A program made the translations under genes and the position numbers. Shown one piece after another: positions 48,651 to 58,659 of a stretch of 64,000 bases of DNA (positions are counted from its first letter, which is position 1; the number at the start of each line of letters is the position of its first letter). This stretch comes from a virus, in the IMG/VR virus record IMGVR_UViG_3300022689_000130, positions 64,001 to 128,000 of that record. One strand, written 5' to 3'. The notes beneath the pieces are model-generated. The model worked only from the letters and a program-made list of their open reading frames with translations. It ran no database searches and was not told the DNA's origin.

Positions 48651-49507
48651 CGCAAGGGTATGTTTTTTTCGGAGTCGACGATGATGGTAGCACACAAAAT
48701 CTAGACTGTGCCCATGCGTTGAATTCTACTCTCAAGCTGGCTGATCCAGATCGAAAAACATGTGTAATCATCAATGCATTTGATCAAATGCCTGAACATA
48801 TTGAAGATGATTTTGACTATATAGCTGAGCTGCCATTTGGCCGCAATGCAAGCGATTCTACTGACCCAATGGTTGACTTTTGGCAAATGATCCATTGTAC
48901 ACCGTTCGATGAAAGTATGTTTCTTAATACTTTCAGCCTGGCTATAAACAATATGAACAGTCTATGGGAGGTAGCCAGCCAGAGAGAAATGACATTTGCG
49001 AAAGCAAGAGATTTCCGTGGAGAATGCACTATCGACGTTAGACGTATTTCATCTCTCGAGGCGGTAAATATCAAACCATTTGATACAGACTGTATCTACG
49101 TTCCCAAGACAGAACGCACATATGAATTTTTCAAGATGGCGGATCCAGTTTTGAAGGGCTGGAGAGATGTTTATCGTGAAGTGCTGACCGAAACTAGACC
49201 AGCTAACTTCGTCCACTCAGTGATGTCTAATATTACTATGCATTTACTCGGTGAGCAACCTAATCTTAGTGATACCTTTGACTATCAAGACATCAGCCTC
49301 GATTTTCTATATGATTCTGAGAATGACGAAAATCCAGACTGGCTAGACACACTTAATGTATGGCTGACAGATGACCTGCGTCTGAAAATTAATAATTACA
49401 ATCAGAATGGATTGGTTGTTTACCGAGACAGAAAATTTCTAACAGATTCAATGAAAACAAAAATTAATGAGCATTATAAAAAGAGCAAGATCAAAATCAA
49501 AGCCTAA
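48647..49507 (+). CDS. glycosyltransferase paralog lacking the DxD motif
   Basis: Same layout as the preceding gene, but TPFDESMFLNTFS replaces the DxD. Confidence 0.5.
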   Translation: MTQGYVFFGVDDDGSTQNLDCAHALNSTLKLADPDRKTCVIINAFDQMPEHIEDDFDYIAELPFGRNASDSTDPMVDFWQMIHCTPFDESMFLNTFSLAINNMNSLWEVASQREMTFAKARDFRGECTIDVRRISSLEAVNIKPFDTDCIYVPKTERTYEFFKMADPVLKGWRDVYREVLTETRPANFVHSVMSNITMHLLGEQPNLSDTFDYQDISLDFLYDSENDENPDWLDTLNVWLTDDLRLKINNYNQNGLVVYRDRKFLTDSMKTKINEHYKKSKIKIKA

Positions 49508-50429
49508 GTTCTACGTCTATTTTAACGACTGGACTGGTGAAATTATTTCTGTTGGGCGCAGCAAAAGAAACAGCCCGGCAACTTGTATTGTCACTGATGA
49601 TGCTATTGCCGAACAAATCGTCGATGGTGATGCCAACGTAAGTGACTACCTTGTGAGCTCTGATCGTAATCGTAATGAGCGCATTGTAGCTAAAAGCGAT
49701 GTGTTGCAGCTACGCAAGCAAGAAGACAGTTTGTTCTTACTTCCTGAAGGTCGTATAAAAGACTGGGAGATCCGTGCTCGGCTATTTCGCCATAATATGA
49801 TGTTTGTTGTAGAAACCAACAGGAAGATGTTGAGTAGGTTAATTGGACACAATAGGCGTCAAGAAATTCATCTAGAAAAATCAGCAACATTTGATTTCTA
49901 TATCATACGCCGAGATCATCCAGATTATTTAATCAAAACGGTGAGCATCGATGCTGAAACACTTGTTAATCAGCCACGTGTAGCTGTTGATGTGCAAGAT
50001 ATCGTTAAATATGTGACATTAGATCAAATTAGTGTTATGACACGTCGATATTTTGAAAAATACTATTTTGATTCGCTATACGATCGCTATGTTGATCCCG
50101 ACAATGTCAAACATAGTCCCCAATTTCTTAAATGGCAGTGGGCTGATCAGTGGCCAGAATATCATCTCGAAGCTGTTCAACATGGTAATTTAGTCACCTT
50201 TACCAGCGCAGTAAGTGCTGAACAGTTGACAGACATAGGGTTTACAAAACGCTACAAGTCATTTTATGTGGTCGGAGAAACACCAGACCAATTAATAGGA
50301 AAATTTATGCTAGATGTCGAACGTCTGCGAACAGGACAACCACAGAAGTTCAAAGTAGACTTCAATATAATGCATGTGAATATAATGTTTGGCGGTAGCC
50401 AAATCAAATTGAATAAGAGAGCAGTATAA
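49467..50429 (+). CDS. hypothetical protein
   Basis: 320-aa ORF within the operon. Confidence 0.7.
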   Translation: MSIIKRARSKSKPKFYVYFNDWTGEIISVGRSKRNSPATCIVTDDAIAEQIVDGDANVSDYLVSSDRNRNERIVAKSDVLQLRKQEDSLFLLPEGRIKDWEIRARLFRHNMMFVVETNRKMLSRLIGHNRRQEIHLEKSATFDFYIIRRDHPDYLIKTVSIDAETLVNQPRVAVDVQDIVKYVTLDQISVMTRRYFEKYYFDSLYDRYVDPDNVKHSPQFLKWQWADQWPEYHLEAVQHGNLVTFTSAVSAEQLTDIGFTKRYKSFYVVGETPDQLIGKFMLDVERLRTGQPQKFKVDFNIMHVNIMFGGSQIKLNKRAV

Positions 50430-51418
50430 TGACTATCACACCAATCAATGATTTTGATATTGTTTTTATCAGTTATGATGAACCTAATGCTGACGAGCAC
50501 TGGTATGACCTACAAGAAAAATGTCCATGGGCAACGCGCAGCCATGGTGTGCATGGTAGTGACGCGGCACACAAAGCCGCCGCCAAATTATGTGAAACCG
50601 AGCGCATTATCACTGTAGATGCAGACAACATTGTCGACCCAGAATTCTTTAATTTGGAGTTAGACTTAGATAAAATCGGACGTAATGATGTTATTAGCTG
50701 GGCTGCAAAGAACGAGATCAACGGACTGGTATACGGCAACGGCGGTATCAAGTGTTGGCCAAGGCATGTGATTGAAAACATGCGCACACACGAAGCAGCG
50801 CCAGCCAACGACAAACGTGCGCAGGTTGACTTCTGTTGGAACATCAACTATGTGCAAATGAACAACGTCTATAGCCACGTCTACAACAATGGATCACCAT
50901 TACAAGCTTGGCGCGCTGGCTTCCGTGAAGGCGTTAAGATGACTCTTGAAGGCGGTGATACAGTAGAGCGCAGTCGTGTCAAGAAAGTTCACCGCAAGAA
51001 CTATCAGCGTTTGTTGGTTTGGCAAACTGTTGGTGCAGACGCAACTAACGGTTTGTGGGCTATATACGGTGCTCGCCTTGGCTGTGTGATGGCAAATTTG
51101 CGGCGCGACGAGTGGGATTGGCGCAATGTGCGTGACTTTGAATGGCTCAACGCATTTTGGCAAGATAACATTCAGCCAGAGTTTGTCACTGACTCAGGCG
51201 AACATATATGTGAACGAACAGGCTACGCTTGGAATCGAGGGCGGTTGCTCGAAGTAATCGGTAGTTTAGGTGAAGAACTTCGCAGAGAATTGGATTTAGA
51301 GATTGCAGAAATGCCAGCTCAAACGAGTCGGTTTTTTAAAGAGGTTTACGTTAACCCGGCCCGTGTCCATCCAATGGCTCGCGAAGAGATCGTGATAAAC
51401 GAAATTGAAAATGCATGA
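50429..51418 (+). CDS. glycosyltransferase (GT2-like)
   Basis: ITVDADN DxD motif; QAWRAGFREGVK. Confidence 0.65.
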   Translation: MTITPINDFDIVFISYDEPNADEHWYDLQEKCPWATRSHGVHGSDAAHKAAAKLCETERIITVDADNIVDPEFFNLELDLDKIGRNDVISWAAKNEINGLVYGNGGIKCWPRHVIENMRTHEAAPANDKRAQVDFCWNINYVQMNNVYSHVYNNGSPLQAWRAGFREGVKMTLEGGDTVERSRVKKVHRKNYQRLLVWQTVGADATNGLWAIYGARLGCVMANLRRDEWDWRNVRDFEWLNAFWQDNIQPEFVTDSGEHICERTGYAWNRGRLLEVIGSLGEELRRELDLEIAEMPAQTSRFFKEVYVNPARVHPMAREEIVINEIENA

Positions 51419-51448
51419 ACGTGAAACTATTCTGAAACGAGGTATTGT

Positions 51449-53017
51449 ATGTCAGCAAAACTAGATGACAAAGATTGGCTAAAAGAGCCAAGCGGTTTTA
51501 TCGCAAACAACGAACACAATATCCAGAACATGAAAGAGCTACTAGATAAAACTGGATGTGGCATGTGTTTGGCAAAGTTTCGTCAGGTAACACTGCACCT
51601 GGGAACTGGCATGACACATAGTTGTCACCATCCAACACCACACAAGATCGATCCAAAGGAAGTGCAGAAGAATCCTAACTTGCTCTTCAACACACCTCGC
51701 CTCAAAGAGGCTCGCAGACAGATGCTCAACAACGAGCGTCCAGACGAATGCGACTATTGCTGGCGCATTGAAGACGACGGTAACACAAGCGACCGCGCCT
51801 TCAAAAGCTTGGAGCACTGGGCTCTACCAGACCACGACGAGATCACCGCGCTGGACGGCAGTGAAGACATCTTCCCCAGCTACCTTGAGGTCAGCTTTTC
51901 AAACGTATGTAACATGAAGTGTACATATTGTGGCCCAGAGTTTTCAAGCAAATGGGTAGAAGAACTCAAGCAGTATGGCCCGCTTGAGGTGATGTCTGAC
52001 ACACCACACAAGCAATGGATCCAGGGTTATCAGGACTTGGATACATTAAACTACAAGCACAGAGAGTTCAATCCCTACATTGATGCGTTCTGGAAGTGGT
52101 TCCCCCGTGCCCTGCCCCACCTCAAGCACTATCGGATTACAGGCGGTGAACCGCTCATGAGCAAGGAAACGTTCAAGAGCATGGACTGGTTGATTGAAAA
52201 TCCCAACGAAGATCTAGAGTTCAGCATCAACTCCAACTTTAGTGTGCCTGACAAGCTATGGGATCAGTTCATCGAACGCCTTGAAGTGTTACGCTTTGAC
52301 CGTGTCAAAAAAGTTACTATCTACACTAGCATTGAGGGCTGGGGCAAACGCGCGGAGTACGCCCGCACAGGACTGGATTTTGAACTGCTTCGTAAGCGTT
52401 ACGAGCAGATCCTTGCAATGGGCAATGTGCGGTGTGTAATCATGGCCGCTTACAACATCTTCTCAATCACTAGTATGAAGGATATGCTCGAATGGGTGTA
52501 TGAGATGAAGACCAAATACAATCCCAACAACTCAAGTGTTCACCTGGAAGAGAACACAGGATTTGAATTGGTGACAGGCAGCTATGGCGCCCGCCGTGAT
52601 GCTAACCCTGAGCATCACGTTACAGCAGGCATTGACATTCCTTATTTGCGTAGTCCAGAACATCTGGACGCACAGTATTGTGACGCCGACATGGTTGAGC
52701 GTTATATGATACCTACAATGGACTTTATGGCCAGCCATGCAGCCAGCAGCGTGTGGGGAGACCACCAAGGCTTTGAAAACTACGAGATTGAAAAGCTCAA
52801 GCGTATCATTGTCCACCGTATGTATTTCAATCGCAAGACACGAGACGACCAGGACAGCAGACATGATATCATGAAAAACCGTGCCAAGTTTTACGACTTT
52901 GTAAATAGCATGGATAAACGACGAGGCACAAACTTCCTTGAGACTTTCCCTGAAATGACAGACTTTTACGAGCTATGCTGTGAGAGCAAACAAGCCTTGG
53001 TCAAAATCAACAGCTAA
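51449..53017 (+). CDS. radical SAM protein with N-terminal Twitch/SPASM-like region
   Basis: CNMKCTYC and TGGEP; N-terminal C..K...SCHH...CDYC. Confidence 0.9.
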   Translation: MSAKLDDKDWLKEPSGFIANNEHNIQNMKELLDKTGCGMCLAKFRQVTLHLGTGMTHSCHHPTPHKIDPKEVQKNPNLLFNTPRLKEARRQMLNNERPDECDYCWRIEDDGNTSDRAFKSLEHWALPDHDEITALDGSEDIFPSYLEVSFSNVCNMKCTYCGPEFSSKWVEELKQYGPLEVMSDTPHKQWIQGYQDLDTLNYKHREFNPYIDAFWKWFPRALPHLKHYRITGGEPLMSKETFKSMDWLIENPNEDLEFSINSNFSVPDKLWDQFIERLEVLRFDRVKKVTIYTSIEGWGKRAEYARTGLDFELLRKRYEQILAMGNVRCVIMAAYNIFSITSMKDMLEWVYEMKTKYNPNNSSVHLEENTGFELVTGSYGARRDANPEHHVTAGIDIPYLRSPEHLDAQYCDADMVERYMIPTMDFMASHAASSVWGDHQGFENYEIEKLKRIIVHRMYFNRKTRDDQDSRHDIMKNRAKFYDFVNSMDKRRGTNFLETFPEMTDFYELCCESKQALVKINS

Positions 53018-54150
53018 TGCTACCATATGAACACATAAGACGCTTACACATTGAGGTAAGCAGCATTTGCAATGCCGCTTGCCCTAACTGTCCACGAAAT
53101 GTCCATGGCGGATATGTCCTGCCTGATCTCATAGAGCGGTCAGTGACGTTTGATGAGTTTAAACAGATGTTTGCTGTTGATACAATTGTTCAACTTGAGC
53201 AGATTCGTTTTTGTGGCAACTATGGTGATCCGGTAAGTGCAAGAGACCTTCCACAAATTATAGAGTGGATTTACAGCTATAATCCAGACATACATATTGA
53301 GATTAACACAAATGGCGGTGCCCGTAGCACTTCATGGTGGGAAAGATTAGGTCGCCTCATGAAGGGTCACACTGGATTTGTTGTGTTCAGTGTTGACGGT
53401 TTAGAAGATACCAATCACATCTATCGTCGTGGTGTTGTGTGGAAGAAGCTCTATGCGAACATGGAAGCTTATGTGAAGGGTGGCGGTCGAGCAGTGTGGG
53501 AGTTTTTGGTGTTCCAGCACAATGAGCACCAAATTAATGAGGCACGAGAACTGAGTCGCCAGTTAGACTTTGACAAATTTCGCGTCAAGAAGCCTTTTGG
53601 TTTTAACGATAGCTATAAGAGCACACCATACATGCTGGTTTTGGATCGTGAAGGCAATTTTGAGAGAACATTGTGGCCGCGTGGTGTTGAGCCTGTTGAA
53701 TTAGAATCACGTGACATGGACTTAGAGGCGTATCTCCGCGATCTCGCACTCGCACACAAGGCAGCATTTGAAGACCCTGAAGAACGTGAGATGTATTTTG
53801 AATACATGGACACTGCCCGCCCAACTGGAATTGACTGCATGAGTATCAGGGACAAAGAGATTTATGTAGACAGTCAGGGTTACATGTATCCGTGTTGTTT
53901 CTTAGGTCACGGCGGTCAAATGCAGCGCGGCCGGGAAACATTATTTTTCCGCCGCTGGGTAACAAAGAATGTGGGATGGGATAACATCAGCCTGTTCAAA
54001 CGCAGCGTGAAAGAAATTGCTGAAAGCGAATACTTTAGCTTGATTGAGCAAACGTGGGACAAGACCCATCGCGAAGGCAAGATGGCAATGTGTTCGCTCA
54101 TGTGCTCAAGCGACTGCGCCCGTAACACCATGAGGAATCTATATGACTAA
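53017..54150 (+). CDS. radical SAM protein with C-terminal SPASM/Twitch region
   Basis: CNAACPNC and GNYGDP; C-terminal G.MYPCC...C...C. Confidence 0.9.
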   Translation: MLPYEHIRRLHIEVSSICNAACPNCPRNVHGGYVLPDLIERSVTFDEFKQMFAVDTIVQLEQIRFCGNYGDPVSARDLPQIIEWIYSYNPDIHIEINTNGGARSTSWWERLGRLMKGHTGFVVFSVDGLEDTNHIYRRGVVWKKLYANMEAYVKGGGRAVWEFLVFQHNEHQINEARELSRQLDFDKFRVKKPFGFNDSYKSTPYMLVLDREGNFERTLWPRGVEPVELESRDMDLEAYLRDLALAHKAAFEDPEEREMYFEYMDTARPTGIDCMSIRDKEIYVDSQGYMYPCCFLGHGGQMQRGRETLFFRRWVTKNVGWDNISLFKRSVKEIAESEYFSLIEQTWDKTHREGKMAMCSLMCSSDCARNTMRNLYD

Positions 54151-55624
54151 ACGTAGTGCAACTATAAATTGGATGGATACAGTTGTTAACAGTAAAAGTC
54201 GCACTTTCTGCGGCGCCAAGTGGTATAATGCAACTATCTGGCTAGGGAATGGTGCAACTGCTAGCTGTCACCATCCTCCACCTCACCAAATTGACGCAGA
54301 AGAAGTTCAGCGTAACCCTCGTGCACTGCACAACACTGAATACAAGAAGCTAGTGCGCAAACACATGCAAGAAGGGGTGCAAACTAAAGAATGTGACTAT
54401 TGCTGGCGCATCGAGAACATGGACAGCAATGTGGTAAGTGATCGTTATTACAAGAGCAGCATCTATTCTGAGGAAGAGCTGCAAGAGGCGTTTGACACGC
54501 CTTGGGATGCAGATATCAGCCTCAAACAGCTAGAAATTGCATTTGATAACAATTGTAACTTCGCTTGTTCTTATTGCAACGCAGGGTTCAGCACAACCTG
54601 GGCACATGATATCAACAAGAATGGTGCGTATCAGGACCTCACCAGCGATGGATGGGGTGCCTATGCACACAATGGCAATTGGGCCCATCCATATGGAGTG
54701 ACCAACAAGGACAACCCATATGTAGAGGCGTTTTGGAAGTGGTGGGAAAGCGAACTACAGCACACATTGCGTGAGTTGCGTGTTACAGGTGGCGAAGCAA
54801 CTGTAAGTCCGGACTTCTGGAAACTAGTTGCATGGTATGAGGCCAATCCTCAATGCCAGGTTGAGCTCAGTGTTAACACCAACCTGGGTATCAAGAAGAG
54901 ACCTCTTGACAGGCTATGCAGACTTAGCCAAGAGATACCTACGTTTAACTTGTTTACAAGCAACGAGAGCATGGGCAGCAATGCTGAATACATTCGTGAC
55001 GGACTTGAGTGGGTAGCATGGCAAGAAAACCTGCGCTATGCAATGACACATGGACGCTTCCGCTACATTCATGTCATGATGACAATCAACGCACTCTGCT
55101 TGGCTAGCTTTACTGACTTTCATGACTTCTTGCTAGACTTGCGTGAAGGTTCAGATACACGAATTGAGTTCAGTCACAATATTCTTCGCTTTCCTAGCTT
55201 CCAAAGCATTACAACACTGCCCAGGCATCTAAGAGAGCAGCAGACAGAGGCGATCACAGCTTGGCTAGCGGATAACGAGCATCGTATGCAGCCACATGAG
55301 ATCGATAGCTTCCACCGCACCATACGCTATGTGCAGGAGATTGATGAAGGACACAACATTGGCAACTTGCACAGCAATTTAGAGAAGCGTCAACGAGACT
55401 TCCGTAACTTTTACGCACAGTATGACCGCCGTCGTGAAAAGAGCTTTGCACAAAGCTTTGCTAACTGGCCCGAATTGGTTGAATGGTATGAAGGTGTAGA
55501 CGGCCGCGCCAACGTAAATAAGATTGACGAACTGATTGTGGGTGATGCAACTGAATGGGGCCGCCCAATATTCGACGAAGTGCTCGCTGAAGCCCGAGAC
55601 AAGAAAATAATTGATGATGAGTAA
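54143..55624 (+). CDS. radical SAM protein with N-terminal Twitch-like region (paralog of 51449-53017)
   Basis: CNFACSYC, TGGE; shared SCHHP.PH.ID..EVQ.NP and NPY..AFWKW motifs. Confidence 0.9.
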   Translation: MTKRSATINWMDTVVNSKSRTFCGAKWYNATIWLGNGATASCHHPPPHQIDAEEVQRNPRALHNTEYKKLVRKHMQEGVQTKECDYCWRIENMDSNVVSDRYYKSSIYSEEELQEAFDTPWDADISLKQLEIAFDNNCNFACSYCNAGFSTTWAHDINKNGAYQDLTSDGWGAYAHNGNWAHPYGVTNKDNPYVEAFWKWWESELQHTLRELRVTGGEATVSPDFWKLVAWYEANPQCQVELSVNTNLGIKKRPLDRLCRLSQEIPTFNLFTSNESMGSNAEYIRDGLEWVAWQENLRYAMTHGRFRYIHVMMTINALCLASFTDFHDFLLDLREGSDTRIEFSHNILRFPSFQSITTLPRHLREQQTEAITAWLADNEHRMQPHEIDSFHRTIRYVQEIDEGHNIGNLHSNLEKRQRDFRNFYAQYDRRREKSFAQSFANWPELVEWYEGVDGRANVNKIDELIVGDATEWGRPIFDEVLAEARDKKIIDDE

Positions 55625-56768
55625 GACTAGATGCCCAATGCCGTTTGCAGGTTTTGATATTGAAACAAACGGCACAGTGAAGCCGTGCTGCATTTATGAA
55701 GGCAGTATTGGCAACGTCAATGACGAGAACATTGACGATATTTGGCATGGCGATAGGCTCAAAAAGATACGCGAGGATTTAGAAGCAGGACATCGCATCC
55801 CTGGATGCCGTCAGTGCTGGGTAGAAGAAGAAAGCACCGGGTATAGCAAACGCATACGCGAGCAAGACTGGTTCCCTGACACAGTATACGATAACCCGCA
55901 AGTCAAACGATTGGATATTAAACTGGGCAATACCTGCAACCTCAAATGTCGCATATGCAACTATGAGAGTAGCAGCATCTTCAACAGTGAGAACAGACAG
56001 ATTGCCAGCCGCTTTCCAGATGCAAAAATCAACTTCATTGCAAATGACCGTGTGGACCGTTACAAGTGGTATCGTGATGAAGATTTTTGGCACGTTATTC
56101 TCAAGTATGGTCCTGAGATCGAACAGATTGATTTCATGGGTGGCGAGCCATTGTTGGATCGCACACACAAGCGCATCTTAGAGAAACTTGTTGAACAAGG
56201 ACTGGCGCCAAACATCATCATCAACTATACCACAAACGGAACCATTGTTCCTGACTTTGAACTGCTACGCAACTTCAACAAGGTGCTGTTTACTGTGAGT
56301 GGCGACGCGATCGAGCGCCGCTTTGAATATAATCGCTATCCAGTGCGTTGGGCAGACTTCAAGAACAACATATTTGACATACGTGCAAGTGCAGACAGCT
56401 TTCTTATCAGCTACAGCGTCAGCAGCTATAGTCTATTTGGAATTCCTGATGCACTTGACTATTACATGGAGAACGGATATATAGTATGGTTCAACTATGT
56501 GCATTTGACTGAAGCCAGCAATGCACGTAACTTGCCGCCCGAGCTTAAGCAACAGTTTAGAGAATTGGTCGCTGATCGCCACCGCGATGAGTGGCTATGG
56601 ACACGAGCAAACATACAAGAGGTCTTGGACTTTATCGACGTTGATGACAACCCCAAACACTTCCAAGACTTTATTTACGATTGCAAATTGAGGGATCAAT
56701 TCCGCTATCAAGATTTTAGAGATTACCTGCCAGAATATGCCCCCTACGCCGATCTTGCACAAGTGTAA
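55611..56768 (+). CDS. radical SAM protein with N-terminal Twitch domain
   Basis: CPMPF...G.VKPCC...CRQC, then CNLKCRIC and MGGEP. Confidence 0.9.
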   Translation: MMMSKTRCPMPFAGFDIETNGTVKPCCIYEGSIGNVNDENIDDIWHGDRLKKIREDLEAGHRIPGCRQCWVEEESTGYSKRIREQDWFPDTVYDNPQVKRLDIKLGNTCNLKCRICNYESSSIFNSENRQIASRFPDAKINFIANDRVDRYKWYRDEDFWHVILKYGPEIEQIDFMGGEPLLDRTHKRILEKLVEQGLAPNIIINYTTNGTIVPDFELLRNFNKVLFTVSGDAIERRFEYNRYPVRWADFKNNIFDIRASADSFLISYSVSSYSLFGIPDALDYYMENGYIVWFNYVHLTEASNARNLPPELKQQFRELVADRHRDEWLWTRANIQEVLDFIDVDDNPKHFQDFIYDCKLRDQFRYQDFRDYLPEYAPYADLAQV

Positions 56769-57588
56769 CAACCAGAGCCGCACATTGATGATGACGTGTC
56801 TTTACAAAGGACACCTCTATGATCTCTATCGCGAATACAGTGCTGACATTGTGCGTAGCCATGAGGAATTTGCACAATTCAACAACTGGGACTATTTTGT
56901 TATGGGCGACGAGATCAACAACATTTACAGGCTTGAGTCCTGGCGTGATACAAACATTGATGCACGTTGTGATTGCTTGGGAATGAACAAGTGGTATGCG
57001 ATGAACTGGGTATTTGAGAATACTGACTATGATGAAATTCTGCTTATAGACTTTGACAGCAAGTTTATTTACAACACTGCATTAGACTTGGGAGACTGCG
57101 ACATAAAAGCCACATATCTTACACTCAGCCCATACTATGATACTGTATGGTTCCTCTACTATTGCATGTATCGTGGTGTTACATTTGAGCAACTTAATCA
57201 GGCAGTGCCAAACAAGTTCAATACAGGGTTTATCAAGGTTCGTCGTGGATTTTTCACACAAGAAGACTTGGATAACTTTGTGGACTTTGCCTGCCAGACA
57301 TTGAGTGATGTTAAATATAGCGAACGCAAAAGCTGGATACACATGAGCAACGCTGACATGGGACGTATCCACGAAATACACAACACAACACTCACGCCAT
57401 TTGATGAAGTGTTTCTAGTTTACCAGATTATGAAGCAACATCCTGTAATAGAACCATTTGACAAGAGATTTAATGTCAACAGAACTGAGCTTGTGGAGAG
57501 CAATACAGCGCATGTGCACTTCTGCGTGAACAAAGAGCGTGACATTCAAACCCTATGCGAGCCTGGCGTTGCGAAGTTTCTAAAATGA
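56737..57588 (+). CDS. glycosyltransferase-like protein (GT-A; GT8/GT34-like)
   Basis: YDEILLIDFD, FNTGF, DE..L and HVHF motifs; start uncertain. Confidence 0.6.
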   Translation: MPPTPILHKCNNQSRTLMMTCLYKGHLYDLYREYSADIVRSHEEFAQFNNWDYFVMGDEINNIYRLESWRDTNIDARCDCLGMNKWYAMNWVFENTDYDEILLIDFDSKFIYNTALDLGDCDIKATYLTLSPYYDTVWFLYYCMYRGVTFEQLNQAVPNKFNTGFIKVRRGFFTQEDLDNFVDFACQTLSDVKYSERKSWIHMSNADMGRIHEIHNTTLTPFDEVFLVYQIMKQHPVIEPFDKRFNVNRTELVESNTAHVHFCVNKERDIQTLCEPGVAKFLK

Positions 57589-58610
57589 GTGCCCCACAAA
57601 ATCTCGAACAGTATCTTAAGGATCACATCTGTTTCAAGCCTTGGGATAGTATAAGTATTGAGCCTAATGGTGATGTAATCAATTGTTGTATGCCTTGGCT
57701 ACCTAAACCCATTGGTAACTTGTTTGAGAACACTATGGACGAAATCCTCAGCAGCGAGGCAAGCCAAGAAGTTCAAGCTAGTATCCTGGATGGAAGTTAT
57801 CGTTACTGCAACAAGGACATGTGCAGTGAGATTTATGGTGGTCGTTTGCCTAAACGACCACAAGAGATGAAACTACCGCAACGGCCCTACAAGATTCGAT
57901 TTAACAACGATAGAAGTTGCAATCTATGGTGCCCTAGCTGTCGCTTGCGACGTGTGCAGCACAACGAGGGTCCGGCATATGAGAAGGCTAAGTGGCTAAA
58001 CGACAGAATTTATGAATTCATGTTGGAACAAGCCTCCCGTGGCCCAGTTGAGATTTGGGTAACAGGAAGCGGCGACGCAATTGGCAGCCGCATCTACCGT
58101 GACATGCTCAAACGCATTGACGGTTCGGAGTTTCCAGACCTTAAAATCAATCTCATGACCAATGGCGTATTGTTTACTCCCAAGACTTGGGAAAGCCTGC
58201 ATCGTATCTGGAACAATATCACACTGGTTGATATCAGTGTGGACGCAGGCACAAAAAGCGTCTACCAAAAGATGCGACCACCTGGCAAGTGGGATCAACT
58301 ACTCAGCAACGTCAAATATTTAGGTGAGTGTGCGCAAGAATATGACAACATCAATATCAACTACGGCTTTGTGGTGCAACATGGAAACTATACAGATATG
58401 GTCAACTTTGTGCATACGTTTAGCCAATTTGAGCGTTACCACTTGCTCAACTTCACGTTAGTTAACGACTGGAATACATGGGAAGATTTCGGAAGCCATG
58501 CAGTATGGAAGCGCAGCCATCCAGAACATGAAGCGTTCTTAGAAATGGTTCGCCGTCCAGAATTAGTTGATGAACGAGTGTTTATGGGCTCGCTTAAACG
58601 TTTTCTCTAA
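57585..58610 (+). CDS. radical SAM protein with N-terminal Twitch domain
   Basis: CFKPW...G.V.NCC, then CNLWCPSC and TGSGD; ATGA-coupled start. Confidence 0.9.
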   Translation: MSAPQNLEQYLKDHICFKPWDSISIEPNGDVINCCMPWLPKPIGNLFENTMDEILSSEASQEVQASILDGSYRYCNKDMCSEIYGGRLPKRPQEMKLPQRPYKIRFNNDRSCNLWCPSCRLRRVQHNEGPAYEKAKWLNDRIYEFMLEQASRGPVEIWVTGSGDAIGSRIYRDMLKRIDGSEFPDLKINLMTNGVLFTPKTWESLHRIWNNITLVDISVDAGTKSVYQKMRPPGKWDQLLSNVKYLGECAQEYDNININYGFVVQHGNYTDMVNFVHTFSQFERYHLLNFTLVNDWNTWEDFGSHAVWKRSHPEHEAFLEMVRRPELVDERVFMGSLKRFL

Positions 58611-58627
58611 TCACTTGTAAATGAACG

Positions 58628-58658
58628 CAACCTTTTTGACGAATCGTCAAAAAGGTTG
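58628..58658. terminator. bidirectional terminator-like hairpin between convergent radical SAM genes
   Basis: CAACCTTTTTGACGA-A-TCGTCAAAAAGGTTG, a perfect 15-bp inverted repeat. Confidence 0.75.
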
Positions 58659-58659
58659 A

